Source of the DNA: Spirochaetota bacterium
Lineage (GTDB): Bacteria > Spirochaetota > UBA4802 > UB4802
Direction of reading: 5' to 3'
Assembly: GCA_029907515.1 (NCBI GenBank)
Contig: JARYLT010000005.1
Span: 7,106-71,105, forward strand
Length of the DNA: 64,000 nt
The notes below the pieces were generated by a model. That model had not been told where the DNA came from. It did not search any database and worked only from the letters and a program-made list of their open reading frames with translations. Positions 62,765-64,000 of this stretch are shown in pieces; position 1 is the stretch's first letter, and each line of letters begins with the position of its first letter. The position numbers and the translations under genes were made by a program.

Positions 62765-63298
62765 TCAATATTCTCCACCAGGGAAATTATCCTTAAAAAA
62801 GCGTATTTTCTTTTTCTGGGTTTCAACTTCCTGCTTATTGATTGTACCTTTTTCCAAAGCTATATCCAGTAATTTTACTGCTGTATCGTCCTCATCTTTT
62901 TTTGCTTTATCTTCATCATCCTTCTGTAACGTTGCTATCTTTCTATCAATATCATCCTGCGTTAACATCGAAAATTCCTGTTCTTCCAGTTCTACTACTG
63001 TGTCTTTAATTTTATTTTCCTTTGGCTCTTTCTTTTTGGAGGTTTTCTTTTTTGGTTCAGCAATTAAAGCTTCACTAACTTCTTCCTCTTCTGGTTGCAA
63101 ATTGGCTGGTGGATTTGCTATTTTTAACTCTAAAAGTTTTATGCGTTCACCCAATAAAATGTTTATCTGCTTTTCAATGGTTATAAATATAGGCTGAGTA
63201 AATGATTTATTCCTTTGCAAAGACTTTTCCAATTTTCTGAGTTCACGAATATCCTGGTCTATCATTTCAATTCTTTTAAGCACATGGATAACTTTCAT
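62765..63298 (-). CDS. Hypothetical charged/coiled-coil protein
   Basis: GAGGT RBS; helical N-terminus and Lys/Glu/Asp-rich C-terminus. Confidence 0.7.
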   Translation of the reverse strand: MKVIHVLKRIEMIDQDIRELRKLEKSLQRNKSFTQPIFITIEKQINILLGERIKLLELKIANPPANLQPEEEEVSEALIAEPKKKTSKKKEPKENKIKDTVVELEEQEFSMLTQDDIDRKIATLQKDDEDKAKKDEDDTAVKLLDIALEKGTINKQEVETQKKKIRFFKDNFPGGEY

Positions 63299-63469
63299 AA
63301 TCAAACCTCAAAAGTAATGTTAAGTTATTTAGTCTGTAACACAATCACCGGCAACACCATTGTGGTTGTTATACGCTGTGCATTAAAAAGTTTATAATAC
63401 ACCGCTAAAGTAATGTACATTAATTATAACATTAATGTCAATAAACTTTTAATACTGGAAAAGATTTTA

Positions 63470-64000
63470 CTAATTAAAATAAACAGTCTGGTCATCATCC
63501 ACTGCAAACTGCAACCCGCAATCAGGGCATTTAAATTTACCTGGTGAACTTATCCGTACCATTGTTCTACAATCAGGACATTCAATCACCAATGGATGTT
63601 CAAACACCATGGAGGTCATGGCAACTGGTTTTGTTTCCGTATATGTTTCTTTTTTTGGGCTTTCTTTTGATGACACCGGTTTTTCAATAATTTTTACGCC
63701 TGTATCTTGTACTGCTTCCATTGCTTCATCCAATGAATTATACCGTTTTACCGGAAGTGCAATGATATCAATCAATGTCATTATCTCCTTATTACAATAG
63801 CAGAGCACCACCACACCGCCACCAGATTCAACCACCCTTTGTGCATACATTAATGCGCCAAACCCTGTTGAACTGATATAGTTGAGCTTTGAACAATCAA
63901 TGATTATAGCATTGAATTCCTTTTGAAGTGTTGCAATATACTCTTCAAACTGCACTGCATTGGTATGATCAATGTACCCCTCAACAGTAACTATCGCTAC
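63470..64000 (-). CDS. STAS anti-anti-sigma domain + C-terminal zinc ribbon (5' end beyond the window)
   Basis: Frame is open to the edge (VAIVTVEGYIDHTNA...); 'IDCSKLNYISSTGFGAL'; CPDC-x-CPDC. Confidence 0.85.
   Translation of the reverse strand, partial: VAIVTVEGYIDHTNAVQFEEYIATLQKEFNAIIIDCSKLNYISSTGFGALMYAQRVVESGGGVVVLCYCNKEIMTLIDIIALPVKRYNSLDEAMEAVQDTGVKIIEKPVSSKESPKKETYTETKPVAMTSMVFEHPLVIECPDCRTMVRISSPGKFKCPDCGLQFAVDDDQTVYFN

Larger units (their letters stand above)
2621..63997. repeat. Dispersed over-represented word G(T/G)AACTATCGC (at least 16 copies of the AACTATCGC core)
   Basis: GTAACTATCGC at 2621(-), 42964(-), 47119(-), 48458(+), 51118(-), 63987(+). GGAACTATCGC at 6885(-), 25646(+), 29503(+), 36900(+), 38229(-), 50013(-). 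Core only at 3134, 10441, 16330, 55272 (all +). Confidence 0.85.

Noticed and set aside
1063-63800. Numerous short antisense or overlapping ORFs in the six-frame track (for example 1407-1775, 6230-6703, 14870-15313, 36929-37420, 48113-48361)
   Set aside because: They are shadows of well-supported genes or of structured DNA, with no RBS or recognisable motifs.
2621-63997. The dispersed word as cyanobacterial HIP1, Chi or KOPS
   Set aside because: I saw no perfect GCGATCGC and the word is non-palindromic, so it is not HIP1. Orientations alternate (9 plus, 7 minus) with no single switch, unlike polarised Chi or KOPS.
2621-63997. The dispersed word as CRISPR repeats or integron attC sites
   Set aside because: Copies are kilobases apart, mostly inside genes, only 9-13 bp long, and lack spacers or RYYYAAC...GTTRRRY stem structure. 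There is no cas gene or integrase.

Overview
A 64-kb stretch of core chromosome from an AT-rich bacterium (about 37% GC by eye), probably an anaerobic member of the Spirochaetota. The assignment is an inference from a Cys-rich spirochete-type small protein, a DUF1564-like protein, spirochete-style lipoboxes and many signalling genes. The window holds about 55 CDS: housekeeping genes (acs, IMP-cyclohydrolase-only purH, rlmD, pepF, queD, rlpA, dut-rnj-uppP-ftsK, lptE-holA, pncA, a thiolase/hbd/acyl-CoA dehydrogenase operon), signalling genes (MCP, PP2C-TPR, REC-GAF-HD-GYP, GAF-GGDEF, histidine kinases, STAS, a class I adenylate cyclase), a 1613-aa GH13-GT5 fusion, a small decaying low-GC island and a few structured intergenic repeats. 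I found no rRNA, tRNA, CRISPR array or intact transposase. The strongest unexplained signal is a dispersed non-palindromic DNA word, G(T/G)AACTATCGC. Its 9-bp core occurs at least 16 times and its 7-bp core about 33 times (manual counts), on both strands, in all six reading frames and often at gene ends. It behaves like a DNA-uptake-sequence or HIP1-type genome signature and matches none that I know.
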